From Polyangiales bacterium (GTDB lineage: Bacteria > Myxococcota_A > Polyangia > Polyangiales > JADJQN01), in contig CAXNJO010000009.1 in assembly GCA_964202905.1 (NCBI GenBank), positions 64,001 through 128,000 on the forward strand: 64,000 bases of DNA, written 5' to 3'. Shown here piece by piece: positions 29,910 to 40,355 of the stretch (positions are counted from its first letter, which is position 1; each line of letters opens with the position of its first letter). A model generated the notes under the pieces. It saw only the letters and a list, made by a program, of their open reading frames with translations, was not told the DNA's origin and made no database searches. The translations under genes and the position numbers were made by a program.

Positions 29910-31862
29910 TCAGCGCGCGGGGCGCAGGTCCGCCGAGAGCGTGACGTCGTGCTCGGGCGTCAGCGGGATCTCGCGGCGTTCGTAGCCCGCGGCCTCGATG
30001 ACGAGGACGTGGGGCTCCCCGCGCCGCATGCGCACCGGCAGCGCGCCGACGGGCAATCCGTCGAGGCGGATGCGCGCGCGGGGCGGCACGCCCATCACCC
30101 GCACGACGACGGACGAGGTGTCGACGACGGCCGCGGACGCCGCAGCGGGCTCTGCGGGAGTCGGGCGCGGCGTCGGAGGCGGCTCGACGGCCGGCGCCGC
30201 GGAGTGGTGCACCGCGACGCGGATCGCGACGACGACGAGCGTGAGCGCGAGCGCGGCCCCGCCGCCGAGGCGCACCGCCGTCGGGAGCCCATCGAGCCAG
30301 CCGAGCAGGCCGCCGCGACGCCGCGTGACGGGCGCGGGTGGCGCGAACGAGCCGCCGCCGCGGGAGGGGAGCCGGTGGTAGCTGCGGCTCGCGTTGTGGC
30401 GCTGCGCCGCGCGCGCGGACGCCGCGAGCTGGAGCGGCGCCTCGTCGCCGCTGAGCGCACGCCCCGGGGGCGGCGCGGGGGCGAGCAGATCTGCGGTGCC
30501 CTCCGCGTCGGACGGCGCGCTCGGTTCGGCGGGACGCGATGAACGCCCAGCGCCGTCCGCAGGTGTCGCGAGGCGTGCCGTGGCTGCGCGCTCGCCCGTC
30601 GGTGCGGGTGTCACCGCGGGCTCGGCACCCCGCCCGGGGAGCGGCGTGACCGCGGGATCGCCTCGTGCGCGGGGCTGCCCTGCGCGCCGCGCCTCGCCGC
30701 TGCGCGGCGAGGGCGCGTCAGTCGAGCTCGAGCGCGGGGCCGCTCTCGGCCGTCTCGAAGTCGTCGACGAGTGGGCGCCGAGCGCTCGAGCCGACGCCGC
30801 GGCGCAGCCTACGCCCGTCAGCAGCGTCTCGAGCGGCGGCGCGGCCGCGCCCGGGGGTGGCGGACCCGGCGCGGCGACGCGCGGCGCCCCGGGCGTCGCA
30901 GGGCGCGCGCCGGGGCGACCGAGCGTGTCGAAGCCCCCCCAGGACGTCGAGGCGTCCGCGCTCCCGCCCGACTGCGAGGCGCGCCCCTCTGGCGACGCGC
31001 TCGGGGCGCGACCCACGGACGCGTCCAGCAGCAGCACGCGGAAGGCCGTCGCACTCGCGGGGCGCGCCTCCCGATCGCGTCGCATGCCCGCGAGCAGCGC
31101 CTCCTCGAACGCGGGCGTGATCTGGGCGCCGCGCTCCGTGGGGCGCAGGGGACTCGCGCGGAGGATCGACTGCAGGAGCGCGTTGTAGTTGGCCGCGTCG
31201 AAGGGCACGTCGCCGACGACGCACTCGTAGAGCACGACGGCGGCGGCGTAGACGTCGGCGCGGGCATCGAGCGCGACCTCGCCGAGCGCCTGCTCCGGCG
31301 ACATGTAGTGCGGCGTGCCGAGCACCGCGCCGGTCTGCGTGAGGTGCGAGCGCACCTCGTCGGCCTTCTGCGAGATGCCGAAATCCAGGATCTTCACGAC
31401 GGGTCGACCCGAGTGCGACGGAGGCAGGAGGAAGATGTTGTCAGGCTTCAGGTCGCGGTGGACGATCCCGCGCTCGTGCGCCGCCTCGAGGGCCTCGAGG
31501 AGCTGCGTGAACAGCTCGAGCGCTTCATCCTGCGCGAGCCGCAACTTGCGGGTGATCAGGCTCGCGAGCGTCTCGCCGTCGAGCAGCTCCATGACGAGGA
31601 ACGGCGCGCCATCGGGCAAGAGGTCGATGTCGAGGACCTCGACGATCCCCGGGTGCTCGATCGCGCTGGCCGCCCGCGCCTCGCGCCCGAAACGTTGGAC
31701 GATCGAGCGGTTCCCGAGGTAGCGCTCGTCGAGGATCTTGACGGCCACCTTGCGCCCCGTGCGCAGGTGCGTACCGCGGTACACCGCGCCCATGCCGCCG
31801 CGCCCGAGCAGCCCGTTCAGCTCGTACTTCCCGAGCAGCGTCGCGCCGGTCCGATCCTCCAC
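29910..31862 (-). CDS. Hanks-type Ser/Thr protein kinase with TM segment and C-terminal PEGA domain
   Basis: GRGGMG, VAVK, HRDLKPDN, DFG, GTPHYMSPEQ; TM LALTLVVVAI; PEGA-like C-terminus. Confidence 0.92.
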   Translation of the reverse strand: MEDRTGATLLGKYELNGLLGRGGMGAVYRGTHLRTGRKVAVKILDERYLGNRSIVQRFGREARAASAIEHPGIVEVLDIDLLPDGAPFLVMELLDGETLASLITRKLRLAQDEALELFTQLLEALEAAHERGIVHRDLKPDNIFLLPPSHSGRPVVKILDFGISQKADEVRSHLTQTGAVLGTPHYMSPEQALGEVALDARADVYAAAVVLYECVVGDVPFDAANYNALLQSILRASPLRPTERGAQITPAFEEALLAGMRRDREARPASATAFRVLLLDASVGRAPSASPEGRASQSGGSADASTSWGGFDTLGRPGARPATPGAPRVAAPGPPPPGAAAPPLETLLTGVGCAAASARALGAHSSTTSRRPRAAPRSSSTDAPSPRSGEARRAGQPRARGDPAVTPLPGRGAEPAVTPAPTGERAATARLATPADGAGRSSRPAEPSAPSDAEGTADLLAPAPPPGRALSGDEAPLQLAASARAAQRHNASRSYHRLPSRGGGSFAPPAPVTRRRGGLLGWLDGLPTAVRLGGGAALALTLVVVAIRVAVHHSAAPAVEPPPTPRPTPAEPAAASAAVVDTSSVVVRVMGVPPRARIRLDGLPVGALPVRMRRGEPHVLVIEAAGYERREIPLTPEHDVTLSADLRPAR

Positions 31863-31984
31863 TCCGCGAGCCTCCGTGGGGTGAGCCGCGAGACTACCAG
31901 AGGACGGTCGCGGCGCGGCAGAAACCTTGGTGCGCGGGGGCGCGACGGGGTTGCAGACCCGCGCAAGCCGCGATAGCGAGGGCC

Positions 31985-33076
31985 ATGCCGCCGACGACGC
32001 CCGACGCCACGATGCTCTCGGCCCAACTCGAGGCCGCGCTGCTGCGCCAGCTCCGCGCCGTGTACGACTGGGAGAACCAGGCGCGCTTCCGCGACCGGCT
32101 CGTGCCGCCGCTCGTCCTGCTCGTCGACAGCCACGCCCGCCTCGGACGCTGGGTGCACGCGACGCGCACGCTCGAGCTCGCGCGCGCGCTGGTGATCGGC
32201 GAACCCTGGCCGGAGGTCGTCGCCGTGCTCGTGCACGAGATGGCGCATCAGTTCGTGCACGAGGTGCTCGGCGTCGTCGACGAATCGGCGCACGGCGCGA
32301 CGTTCCGGAAGGTGTGCGCCGAGCGGGGGATCGACGCGCGCGCCGCCGGCGCCCCCGTGGCCGATCCCGCCCGCGCCGCGGAGATCGACCGCGTGCTCGA
32401 CCGCATCCGCAAGCTGCTCGCGCTCGCGGGAAGCCCCAACGAGCACGAGGCCGAGACCGCGATGCACAAGGCCCACGAGCTGATGCTCCGCTACAACATC
32501 GACCTCGCCGCGGCGACGACCACCCGCGAGTTCGAGGTGCGCTTCGTCGGCGATCCCGAGCGCCGCCGCACGCTCGTCGAGGAGGACATCGTCGCCCTGC
32601 TCACCGAGCTCTTCTTCGTGAAGGCGATCCGCATCCCCGTCTACCTCCCGCGACGCGGCAAGGCGGGCCACGTCTACGAGCTCTCCGGCACGCACGCGAA
32701 CGTCGAGATGGCGACGCACGTCTTCGCGTTCCTGCTCGGCACGGCGGAGCGGCTCTGGCAGCAGAATCGCCGGGACATGCGCGTCCGCAGCGGTCGTGAC
32801 CGCCTCTCGTACCAGTCGGGCGTGGTGCGCGGCTTTCGCGACAAGCTCCGCACGGAGCGCGTGGTGCTGCGCGGGACGGGCCTCGTGTGGGTGCCCGACG
32901 CGCAACTCGACGACTACTACCACACGCGCCATCCGCGGATCAGCCGGCGCACGCGCCAGGTGCGGCTCGGCGGCGCGCACGAGGCCGGGCGCGAGGCGGG
33001 GCAGAAGGTCGTTCTGCACAAGCCCGTCGGCGCCGGGCCTTCGGGGGCCGCACCGAAGCGGCTCGGCGGGGGCTGA
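31985..33076 (+). CDS. SprT-like zinc metalloprotease fused to DUF2786-like domain
   Basis: VLVHEMAHQ...AHGATF (HExxH plus third His); RIRKLLALAGSPNEHEAETAMHKAHELM matches the DUF2786 pattern as I recall it. Confidence 0.8.
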   Translation: MPPTTPDATMLSAQLEAALLRQLRAVYDWENQARFRDRLVPPLVLLVDSHARLGRWVHATRTLELARALVIGEPWPEVVAVLVHEMAHQFVHEVLGVVDESAHGATFRKVCAERGIDARAAGAPVADPARAAEIDRVLDRIRKLLALAGSPNEHEAETAMHKAHELMLRYNIDLAAATTTREFEVRFVGDPERRRTLVEEDIVALLTELFFVKAIRIPVYLPRRGKAGHVYELSGTHANVEMATHVFAFLLGTAERLWQQNRRDMRVRSGRDRLSYQSGVVRGFRDKLRTERVVLRGTGLVWVPDAQLDDYYHTRHPRISRRTRQVRLGGAHEAGREAGQKVVLHKPVGAGPSGAAPKRLGGG

Positions 33077-33176
33077 GCGCGCCGCGCGCGGTCCGCGACG
33101 ACCCGCGCCCTCCGACAGGCGCTCACGGCGGTCGCGGCGACCGACGCTGCGCGCGCCGTCAGCCCGACCGACCGCC

Positions 33177-34676
33177 CTAGCCGGAGCCCGGCGGCGCGTC
33201 CTCCCAGGTGAGCGCGAACGCGCACACGGTGTCCCCGAGCGCCTGACACGCCGAGGTGTGCACGACGACGCGCTCCGCGCCGCTCTCCCGCAGCGTGCCG
33301 CGGAGCACGCCCGCGACGAGCGCGCAGAGTTCGAGGCTCGGCTGAACCTGATCCCGGACGAGGATGCGCGCGCGCCGCGCCGAACGGTCCACGCTCGCGA
33401 CGCGCCCCTGCCGCGTGATCGACGGCCACACCTCGCCGAGGAACGACGCAGCCGCCGGAGGCGTGAGCGGCTCGGGCAGCGCCTCGACGAGCCGACGCAA
33501 CCCGCGCTGGGCGACGACGTCCCCGAGGTACGCCACGAAGCCGAGATCCCCGCGCCCCGCGAGGGCGTCCGCGGCCGCGAGGATCTGGCTCGCGAGCGCC
33601 ACCGGGACACCGCCCGCGAGGTGCCGCTCGACGTCGGACGAACCGGGCAGGAGCGCCTCGACCTCCGGCACGCGCGCGACGAGCGCCGGCCAGCCCGACG
33701 GCCCGAGCACGCGCCAGATCCCCTCGATCGCGAGCAGCATCGGGTACAACTCCACGCGCGCCTCGCCGCGCGGCACGCTCTCGACGGCGTGCCACGTCGT
33801 GCGGCGCAGCTGGAGATACTGGAGGTCCGCGACGAGCGGATCGACGGGTGTCGGCTGGTCCTCGCGCACGGCGCGCGGCGTCGTCGGCAGCAGGGCCGCG
33901 ACGGCGCGCTGCATCCACTCCGCGTCCGGGAAGCGCCGCTCCGGGTCCCCCGCGGTCGCGACCGCGACGACGTTCTGCGCGGCCTCACCGAGCGCGGCGT
34001 CCGCGCCCTCGCGACCGACGAGCAAGAGCCGCAGGAGCGCACCCGCCGCGTACACGTCGACGCGCGGATCCGGATCGCGCGTGGGTTCGCGCAGTTCGGG
34101 CGCCGCGCACGGAGATCCGAGCGCCTCGAGCGAGAGGACCGGCGCGCTCGACTCGGCGAGGAGCGCCGTCTCGCCGAACCCGCCGATCTTCACGATCTCC
34201 CCGCCCCCGCGCACCGGCAGCACCCACACGGTCTCCGGGGCGAGGTTGCGGTGCACGACCCCGCCGCGGTGCATGGCGCGGAGCCCCTCGAGCAGGTCGA
34301 GCACGAGCGAGGCCGCACGCTCTTCGGGCAGCCCGGCCGGATGCGCGTCGAGGAGCGCGGCGATCGTCTGCCCCTGCAGCGCCTCGTAGACGACGTAGGG
34401 ACGACCGGCGGCGTCGAGCCCGGAGTCGACGACGCTCTGCACGTTGCGGTGCGCGACCCCGCCCGCCGCGCGCGACTCGCGCAGCAGCGCCGCGCCGGCG
34501 GCTCCGGCCTGCGCGAGATGGGGGGAGAGCATCTTCACGTCGACGAGTCGCTGGATCCCGCGGTGCTCGGCCCGGTAGACGACGTGGTTCTCGCTCTCGG
34601 CAGCGAGCTCGACGACCGCGTACTTGCCGTCGATCCAGTCGCCGCGCTGCAGACCTCCGCGGCCCCCGCCGCTCAC
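33177..34676 (-). CDS. Ser/Thr pseudokinase with C-terminal V4R/HNOX-like alpha/beta domain
   Basis: Kinase scaffold (VKML, APEL, DVYAAG) but HRNLAPE for HRDLKPE, GGFG for DFG, no Gly loop; C-terminal HTSACQALGDTVCAFALTW; start approximate. Confidence 0.72.
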   Translation of the reverse strand: MSGGGRGGLQRGDWIDGKYAVVELAAESENHVVYRAEHRGIQRLVDVKMLSPHLAQAGAAGAALLRESRAAGGVAHRNVQSVVDSGLDAAGRPYVVYEALQGQTIAALLDAHPAGLPEERAASLVLDLLEGLRAMHRGGVVHRNLAPETVWVLPVRGGGEIVKIGGFGETALLAESSAPVLSLEALGSPCAAPELREPTRDPDPRVDVYAAGALLRLLLVGREGADAALGEAAQNVVAVATAGDPERRFPDAEWMQRAVAALLPTTPRAVREDQPTPVDPLVADLQYLQLRRTTWHAVESVPRGEARVELYPMLLAIEGIWRVLGPSGWPALVARVPEVEALLPGSSDVERHLAGGVPVALASQILAAADALAGRGDLGFVAYLGDVVAQRGLRRLVEALPEPLTPPAAASFLGEVWPSITRQGRVASVDRSARRARILVRDQVQPSLELCALVAGVLRGTLRESGAERVVVHTSACQALGDTVCAFALTWEDAPPGSG

Positions 34677-34737
34677 GCGCGCCCCCGGCCCACCCGATCC
34701 GGTGCGCGGCGCGCGGGGCCCATGGACGACAGGCCCC

Positions 34738-36069
34738 TCAAGGCGACTCGGGCAGGCTGGCCGAACTCTGCGGATCGCGCGTCGCGCGCACCACGAAATC
34801 AACCGCGTTCACGTCGGTGTCGGTGCCATTGCCGCGGAGCGCATCCGCACCGCCCACGGCCATCGAGGCCGGCGTGGACTCGGGCCTGGCTTTGCGCTCG
34901 AAGCTGCGCATCGAGTCCGTCGAGAAGCCGGTGGCCGGCATGCCCTCGGGGAACATCGCCGCGCCCCAGCCGACAGTGTCGAGCACCGCGGCGCCTTGCG
35001 TGATCTGCACGTGGCCGCCGGACGACGCGAACCCCTGGCTCATCGTCCACGCCATCGGCTGATCAGGCGTCACCGCCCCCGCATAACCCGCGCCGCCGAG
35101 GAGGTAGAAGCCGAACGCAGGCATCACGACCCCGGCAGGAACGGTGGCGCGCGGCGAATAGGCCGTCGCGCCGCTCGAGGAGCGGTACGACAACACCAAG
35201 CCGCCGATCGCGACCGGTTCGGCCGTGCGGTTGTAGAGCTCGACGAACTCGTCCGTCCCGCTCGCCGAGCCACCGAACGCGAGCTCCGAGATGACGACGA
35301 CCCCGACGAGCGACGGCGGCGCCCCCATGTCCACGGTGCCGAGGTCCGCGGGGCCCAGGTCCGGCGCGCCCCCGTCGACATTCCCTGCGTCGACATCCCC
35401 CGCGTCAAGTCCTGCATCGACGTCGCCCGCGTCGAAGCCCGCGTCGAAGCCCGCGTCGAAGCCGAGATCGGGGCGCCCGAGATCCGCCGGCCCGAGATCC
35501 GTGGGGCCGAGATCGGGCGGACCGAGATCGGGCAGACCCGCGTCGGGCGCGTCGCCTCCGTCCGCGCCGAGGTCGTCGGTGGCGGCATCGACGGACTCGC
35601 CGCCATCGACGCCGAGGTCCGGCACGCCGAGGTCGAGCCCGCCGTCGATCGCGGCGTCGACCCCGCCATCGCCCATCCCGCACGAGGCTCCGACGCACCG
35701 CGTCAAGACCGCCGTGACCGTCACCGTCTGGTCGGTGCGAAACGCGGTGTCGATGCGCGCCGTCGCGACCTCGGCCCCGCCCTTGAGCCCCGTCACGCGG
35801 ACGCTGACAGCGCCCTCGTCGCCCTCCTCACGGGGGCGGATCGCGAGCGAATGAGGCCAGTCCGTGGAGACCGCGAACGTGCCCGACGCCATCAGCCCGA
35901 GGCCGCTCTCGGCCTCGAAGCGAAGGGTGTCGATGTCCGCCGGGATGGCGAGGTCGGGCGAATCGACCTCCACCAGCAGCGCGGTCTTGCCTTCGGCACA
36001 CGCAGCGAGCGCAGCGGCGACGAGCGCGAAGAGCGCAACGGCGCGGAGGTTGACGGGCGACGAGCGCAC
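34738..36069 (-). CDS. Lipoprotein with D-x-G repeat linker and C-terminal lamin-tail (LTD) domain
   Basis: Lipobox LAAC; VVISEL...DEFVELYNRT...IGGLVL, LDTVGWG, SFERK...DTDVNAVDF; start approximate. Confidence 0.8.
   Translation of the reverse strand: MRSSPVNLRAVALFALVAAALAACAEGKTALLVEVDSPDLAIPADIDTLRFEAESGLGLMASGTFAVSTDWPHSLAIRPREEGDEGAVSVRVTGLKGGAEVATARIDTAFRTDQTVTVTAVLTRCVGASCGMGDGGVDAAIDGGLDLGVPDLGVDGGESVDAATDDLGADGGDAPDAGLPDLGPPDLGPTDLGPADLGRPDLGFDAGFDAGFDAGDVDAGLDAGDVDAGNVDGGAPDLGPADLGTVDMGAPPSLVGVVVISELAFGGSASGTDEFVELYNRTAEPVAIGGLVLSYRSSSGATAYSPRATVPAGVVMPAFGFYLLGGAGYAGAVTPDQPMAWTMSQGFASSGGHVQITQGAAVLDTVGWGAAMFPEGMPATGFSTDSMRSFERKARPESTPASMAVGGADALRGNGTDTDVNAVDFVVRATRDPQSSASLPESP
35426..35530. 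repeat. Coding tandem repeats (12 bp x3 encoding FDAG; ~15 bp units encoding DLGPx)
   Basis: CCCGCGTCGAAG at 35426, 35438, 35450; repeated CCGAGATC units to ~35530. Confidence 0.8.
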
Positions 36070-36142
36070 GGACGCGATGATGCGGGAATCGCCGCGCGCT
36101 TGCACGACGTTTCCACTCGGGTTGCAGCCCGCGACCACGACG

Positions 36143-36970
36143 TCACCGCGCCGTTGCGGGCCGGTCGGGAAGCGCGAGCCCGGGCACGGGCGCGAGGTGA
36201 TTCACGGGCCCGAAGCCGCTCCCGATCCCCGGCGCCGTCACGAGCGCGTCGTGCAGCCAGCGCTTCGCCCCCGCGCACGCGTCGCGGAGCGACTCGCCCC
36301 GCGCGAGCCGCGCGGTGATGGCGGCCGACAACGTGCACCCGGTGCCGTGCGTGTGCCGCGTCTCGACGCGCTCGCCGTGCAGCGCGTGCACCGCGCCGCC
36401 GACGTAGAGAAAATCCGTGGGCGCGCCCTCGAGATGCCCGCCCTTCACGAGCACCGCGCGCGGGCCGAGCGCCGCGATCGCCGCCGCCGCGCGCCGCGCG
36501 TCCTCGGGCGTACGGACGGGCAGCCCGCCGAGCGCCTCGGCCTCGTGGACGTTGGGCGTCACGAGCGCGCAATGCGGGAGCAGCGCGCGCACGAGCGCGA
36601 GCCGCGCCGCGTCGTCGATGAGCGGCGCGCCGTGCTTGCTGATCATCACCGGGTCGACGACCAGCGGCACCCCGCGCGCGGCGAGCGCCACGGCACGCGC
36701 GGCGACCGCCTCGACCACCGCGCGGCTGCCGAGCGCGCCCGTCTTCCACGCGCGCGGCGGCACGTCCTCGAGCACCGCGTCGAGCTGCTCGCCGACGAGC
36801 GCGGCCTCGAGCGGAACGACCCGCGTCACGCCGCGCGTGTTCTGCGCGGTGATGAGCGTGACGACGGCGCAGCCGTAGACGCCGTGCTGGTGGAAGGTCT
36901 TGAGATCCGCCTGCAGGCCGGCGCCGCCCGAGGGGTCGGAGCCGGCGACGGTGAGCGCCACGTCGATCAT
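36143..36970 (-). CDS. thiD: Hydroxymethylpyrimidine/phosphomethylpyrimidine kinase
   Basis: AGSDPSGGAGLQADLKTF, TAQNT, VVDPVM, VKGGH, THGTGCTLS. Confidence 0.95.
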   Translation of the reverse strand: MIDVALTVAGSDPSGGAGLQADLKTFHQHGVYGCAVVTLITAQNTRGVTRVVPLEAALVGEQLDAVLEDVPPRAWKTGALGSRAVVEAVAARAVALAARGVPLVVDPVMISKHGAPLIDDAARLALVRALLPHCALVTPNVHEAEALGGLPVRTPEDARRAAAAIAALGPRAVLVKGGHLEGAPTDFLYVGGAVHALHGERVETRHTHGTGCTLSAAITARLARGESLRDACAGAKRWLHDALVTAPGIGSGFGPVNHLAPVPGLALPDRPATAR

Positions 36971-37078
36971 GCGCGCCGATCCTGCGCCTCCGCCCGCGCC
37001 GCGCCAGCCCGTTCGCGCAAAGCCCGCGCCGTCGCGCGCGCTTGCGCTCCCCCCGCGCCCCGTGTAGCCAGAGCCTCC

Positions 37079-38588
37079 GTGCCCTCCGATCGCCGCGCTC
37101 CCCCCGCGCCGAGCAGCCCCGCGCGGGGCCGCGGAGTCGGGGCTGCGCGCGCGCTCCTCGTCGCGCTCTCCCTGCTCGGGACGGGCGCCTGCGGCAGCCC
37201 ACCGGCGGCCCCCGCGCCCCGCGACGCCGGCGCGACGCGGCGTGACGCAGGCCGCCCCACCGCGCCCGACGCGGGCGTGCCCTCCGTCGTGCACGAGGTC
37301 GCCGAGGGCGAGACGCTCTGGGACATCGCGCGCGCCTACGGGGTCGAGGTCGACGCGATCGTCGCGGCCAACGGCCGCAGCGCCCGCGACGTGCGCCGCC
37401 TGTCGAAGGGACGCCGCCTGCGCATCCCGGGCGTCACCGCGGTGGTCGCCGTCCCCACGGCCGCCGAGCGCGCCGCCGCACGCGAAGCCGAGCGCGCCGC
37501 CCTGCCCCCGCTCCGCGACGGCGCCTACGTCACGCTCGGCGAGCGCGAGACCATCCACGATCTCGCGCGCCGCTACGACGTCGACGCGCAGGCGATCCTC
37601 GACCGCAACCAGCTCGACGACGACGCCGTCCGCGCCCTCCGCGCGGGGCGCACGCTCATCGTCCCGGGTCTCCGGCAGGCGAGCGTCGACACGCGCCCGC
37701 CCCCGCCGCGCGAGGGCGTCACGCACACGGTCGCACGCGGCGAGACGATCTGGGACATCGCGTCCGCCTTCCGCTCGAGCGTCGCGAGCATCATGAGCGC
37801 GAACACACTCTCGCTCGCCGAAGTGACCGCGCTCCGCGAGGGCGCGCGACTCTTCGTTCCCGGCGTCGAGGCCGATCCGCGCGGGCGCGTCCGGCGCCGG
37901 ACCTCGCCCGCCGAGCAGCGCGCGCTCGCCGTCGCGCGGCGCTTCGGGCTCGGCACCCGCGACGTCGCGGGGCAGCTGCTCCACGGCCGGGTGCGCGCGG
38001 ATTGGGCCCGCGCCGCGCTCACCGGGCGCCACGGCCCCGCGACGCCTGGCACCCTGCGCTGGCCCGTGTCGAACGGCTGGTTCGTCCGCGGCTACGGATC
38101 GGGCGAGGGCGGCTACCACCAGGCCATCGACATCGCGGGCGAGATCGGCTGGAACGTGCGCGCCGCCGCCGCGGGCATCGTCGCGTACAGCGGCGACGAG
38201 GTCCCCGGCTACGGCAACATGGTGATGGTCGTCCACCCGGGCGGCTGGGCCACGATGTACGCGCACAACAGCGCGAACTACGTCGTCGCCGGCGAGCGCG
38301 TCCCGGCGGGCGGGGTGCTCGCGGAGCTCGGCTCGACGGGCATCAGCCGCGGTCCCGCACGTGCACTTCGAGCTCATGCACGGCGGCAGGAACTGCGACC
38401 CGGCGCTGCTGCTCCGCCCCGGCATCCGCCACCGCAACGGCCGCCTCTCGCCGCTCCCCTACACCGCGTGGCCCCGCGCGGGCGCGCCGCCCGCAGGCGT
38501 CGCGTGTCACGCGCGCCGTCGCCACCCGCACTCGCGCTACGTGCTGCACGAGGACCCGGTCGCGGACGCCGAGCGCGACGCGCGCTAG
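37079..38588 (+). CDS. Lipoprotein with three LysM domains and M23 peptidase; frameshift near 38356
   Basis: HEVAEGETLWDIA, RETIHDLA, HTVARGETIWDIA; HQAID, GYGNMV, YAHN, GPHVHFE after the shift; start approximate. Confidence 0.85.
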
Positions 38589-38615
38589 CGAGCGTCGGTC
38601 GCACGGCGCCGACGC

Positions 38616-40355
38616 TCAGCGCCCCTCGATCCGCGCGATCTCCTGCACGAAAATCCTCCGCAGGATCGCGTGCGCGCAGGCGTAGGTGCTCTCGACGCCG
38701 AAGTAGCTGAGGCTCTTCGAGAGCAGGCTCTGCCGCCGTGAATAGGGCGTGTCCGACGCGTAGTGCAGCACGCCGACGTCGAAGGGCGTGCGGCTCGAGA
38801 GGTGCGCGATCGCGTCGTTCGGGTGCCGGTCGGGGCTGACGATCTCGTAGATCGCCGAGAGATACGGCCCGGCCTCCATCTCGAGAACGCTGTAGCCGTC
38901 CGCGTAGAACGCGCCGAGATACGCCCGGTTCTGCTGGAAGGTGCCCCGTACGGTGAGCGCCTTCTGGTGGTCGAGCACGGTGCCGCGGCGCAGGAACGGC
39001 TGCACGTCGCCTGCGCCGAAGCAGTTGCGGAACAGGTACGAGTTCTTCGAGTGCTCGTCGTAGACGTTCGACGCGATCATGACGTCGCCGACGCGCCCGT
39101 TGAGCGTCGCGCCCTTGCCCATCACGTAGACGCCGCGCAGCTCGCCGACCCCCTGCGCGATGCGCGAGAGGTGGTGGTACGCCGCCATGCCGAGGGGGTA
39201 ATCGATGTTGACGATGACCGCGTCGCTCGTGGCGAGACGCGCCATGCCGGGCACGCGCGCGCGCGGGTCGACCCGGTCCTCGCGCACCGACGCGAGCCGC
39301 ACGAGCTGCGCACCGACGTCCACGCGGCCGGGGCTCTCGATCGACGCGATGCCGCTCTCGGAGTCGAAACGCTGCACGGTCGCGAGGCGCTCGTGCGCGT
39401 GCCCGTCATCGTGGTGGAGGAAGGCGCGCAGCAGGTAGTACGCGATGTTCGCGGCCTCGTGCTCGTCACCCGCCGCGATGGCCTGCTCGAGCGGCTCGGC
39501 GAGGCCCTCTGGGTTCCGCCGCCGCGCGAACTCGAGGATCTCCGCCCGGTGCGCGAGCGCGTACCCACCCAGCACGTTCACCAGCGAGTGCGTGTTCGAC
39601 GAGACGAAGTAGATCGGCGCGCGCCGCGGCCGCGTGTCCCGGAGGTACGCCGGCTCGATGCCGCTCCACCAGCGCATCGCCGCGCGCTGGTACTCGATGA
39701 AGCCCGCGTTGAGCAGCCGCACGAGGAGATCCGAGGGACGCCGCGCCACCTCGCGCAGCGCCGCGGGCCAGCCGGTGCCGAGCGCGACGAGCAGCGTCCG
39801 CACCTGCTCGGGCGCGAGGTCGAGCGGCCCCGCGAGCGCCTCGGCCGACGGCGAGAGCGGCGCGTCGACCGGGGCCCCCGCGAGCGCGCGCCCGAGGTCG
39901 TCGTTCGCGAGCAGCCCGTGCATCTTGTTCCACTCGATCTGGTACGCGGTGAGGATCGGGACGAGGTCGTCGATGTCGCTCTTGCTGGTGACGAACGCCG
40001 CCAGCGTGCCCGCGCCGTCCCAGCGCAGCGGCCGCCGCCGGCCGCGCGTCGTCACGCGCGACCAACCGCGCTCGCGCACCTCGTAGCCCGCGCCCTCGAA
40101 CTGTTCGTGCGACTGCCCCATCACGACGATCCGCGCGAACGCGATCTCGGCAGGGAGTCGCGCCGCAGCGTAGGCGAAGGCCGCGACGTCGGGCCGCGGC
40201 TCGCGCGCGCCGGAGTGCAGGCTCGCGTCGCTGTACTCGTGGGCTTCCTCGAAGGCGCGCACCGGCACCTCACCGCTCGAGCGCAGCAGCGACGTGTACG
40301 TACGGATGTAGACGTCGATCTCGTCGCCGGGCGCGCGGGGCGGCTGTCTCTTCAC
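38616..40355 (-). CDS. Conserved hypothetical protein (DUF6909-like) with nucleoside-phosphorylase-like C-terminus
   Basis: YIRTY..LLRSSG, SDIDDLVPILTAYQIEWNKMH, VSSNTHS, NIDYPLG, MGKGATLNG, LEMEAGPY, LHYASD; family name from memory. Confidence 0.7.
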   Translation of the reverse strand: MKRQPPRAPGDEIDVYIRTYTSLLRSSGEVPVRAFEEAHEYSDASLHSGAREPRPDVAAFAYAAARLPAEIAFARIVVMGQSHEQFEGAGYEVRERGWSRVTTRGRRRPLRWDGAGTLAAFVTSKSDIDDLVPILTAYQIEWNKMHGLLANDDLGRALAGAPVDAPLSPSAEALAGPLDLAPEQVRTLLVALGTGWPAALREVARRPSDLLVRLLNAGFIEYQRAAMRWWSGIEPAYLRDTRPRRAPIYFVSSNTHSLVNVLGGYALAHRAEILEFARRRNPEGLAEPLEQAIAAGDEHEAANIAYYLLRAFLHHDDGHAHERLATVQRFDSESGIASIESPGRVDVGAQLVRLASVREDRVDPRARVPGMARLATSDAVIVNIDYPLGMAAYHHLSRIAQGVGELRGVYVMGKGATLNGRVGDVMIASNVYDEHSKNSYLFRNCFGAGDVQPFLRRGTVLDHQKALTVRGTFQQNRAYLGAFYADGYSVLEMEAGPYLSAIYEIVSPDRHPNDAIAHLSSRTPFDVGVLHYASDTPYSRRQSLLSKSLSYFGVESTYACAHAILRRIFVQEIARIEGR

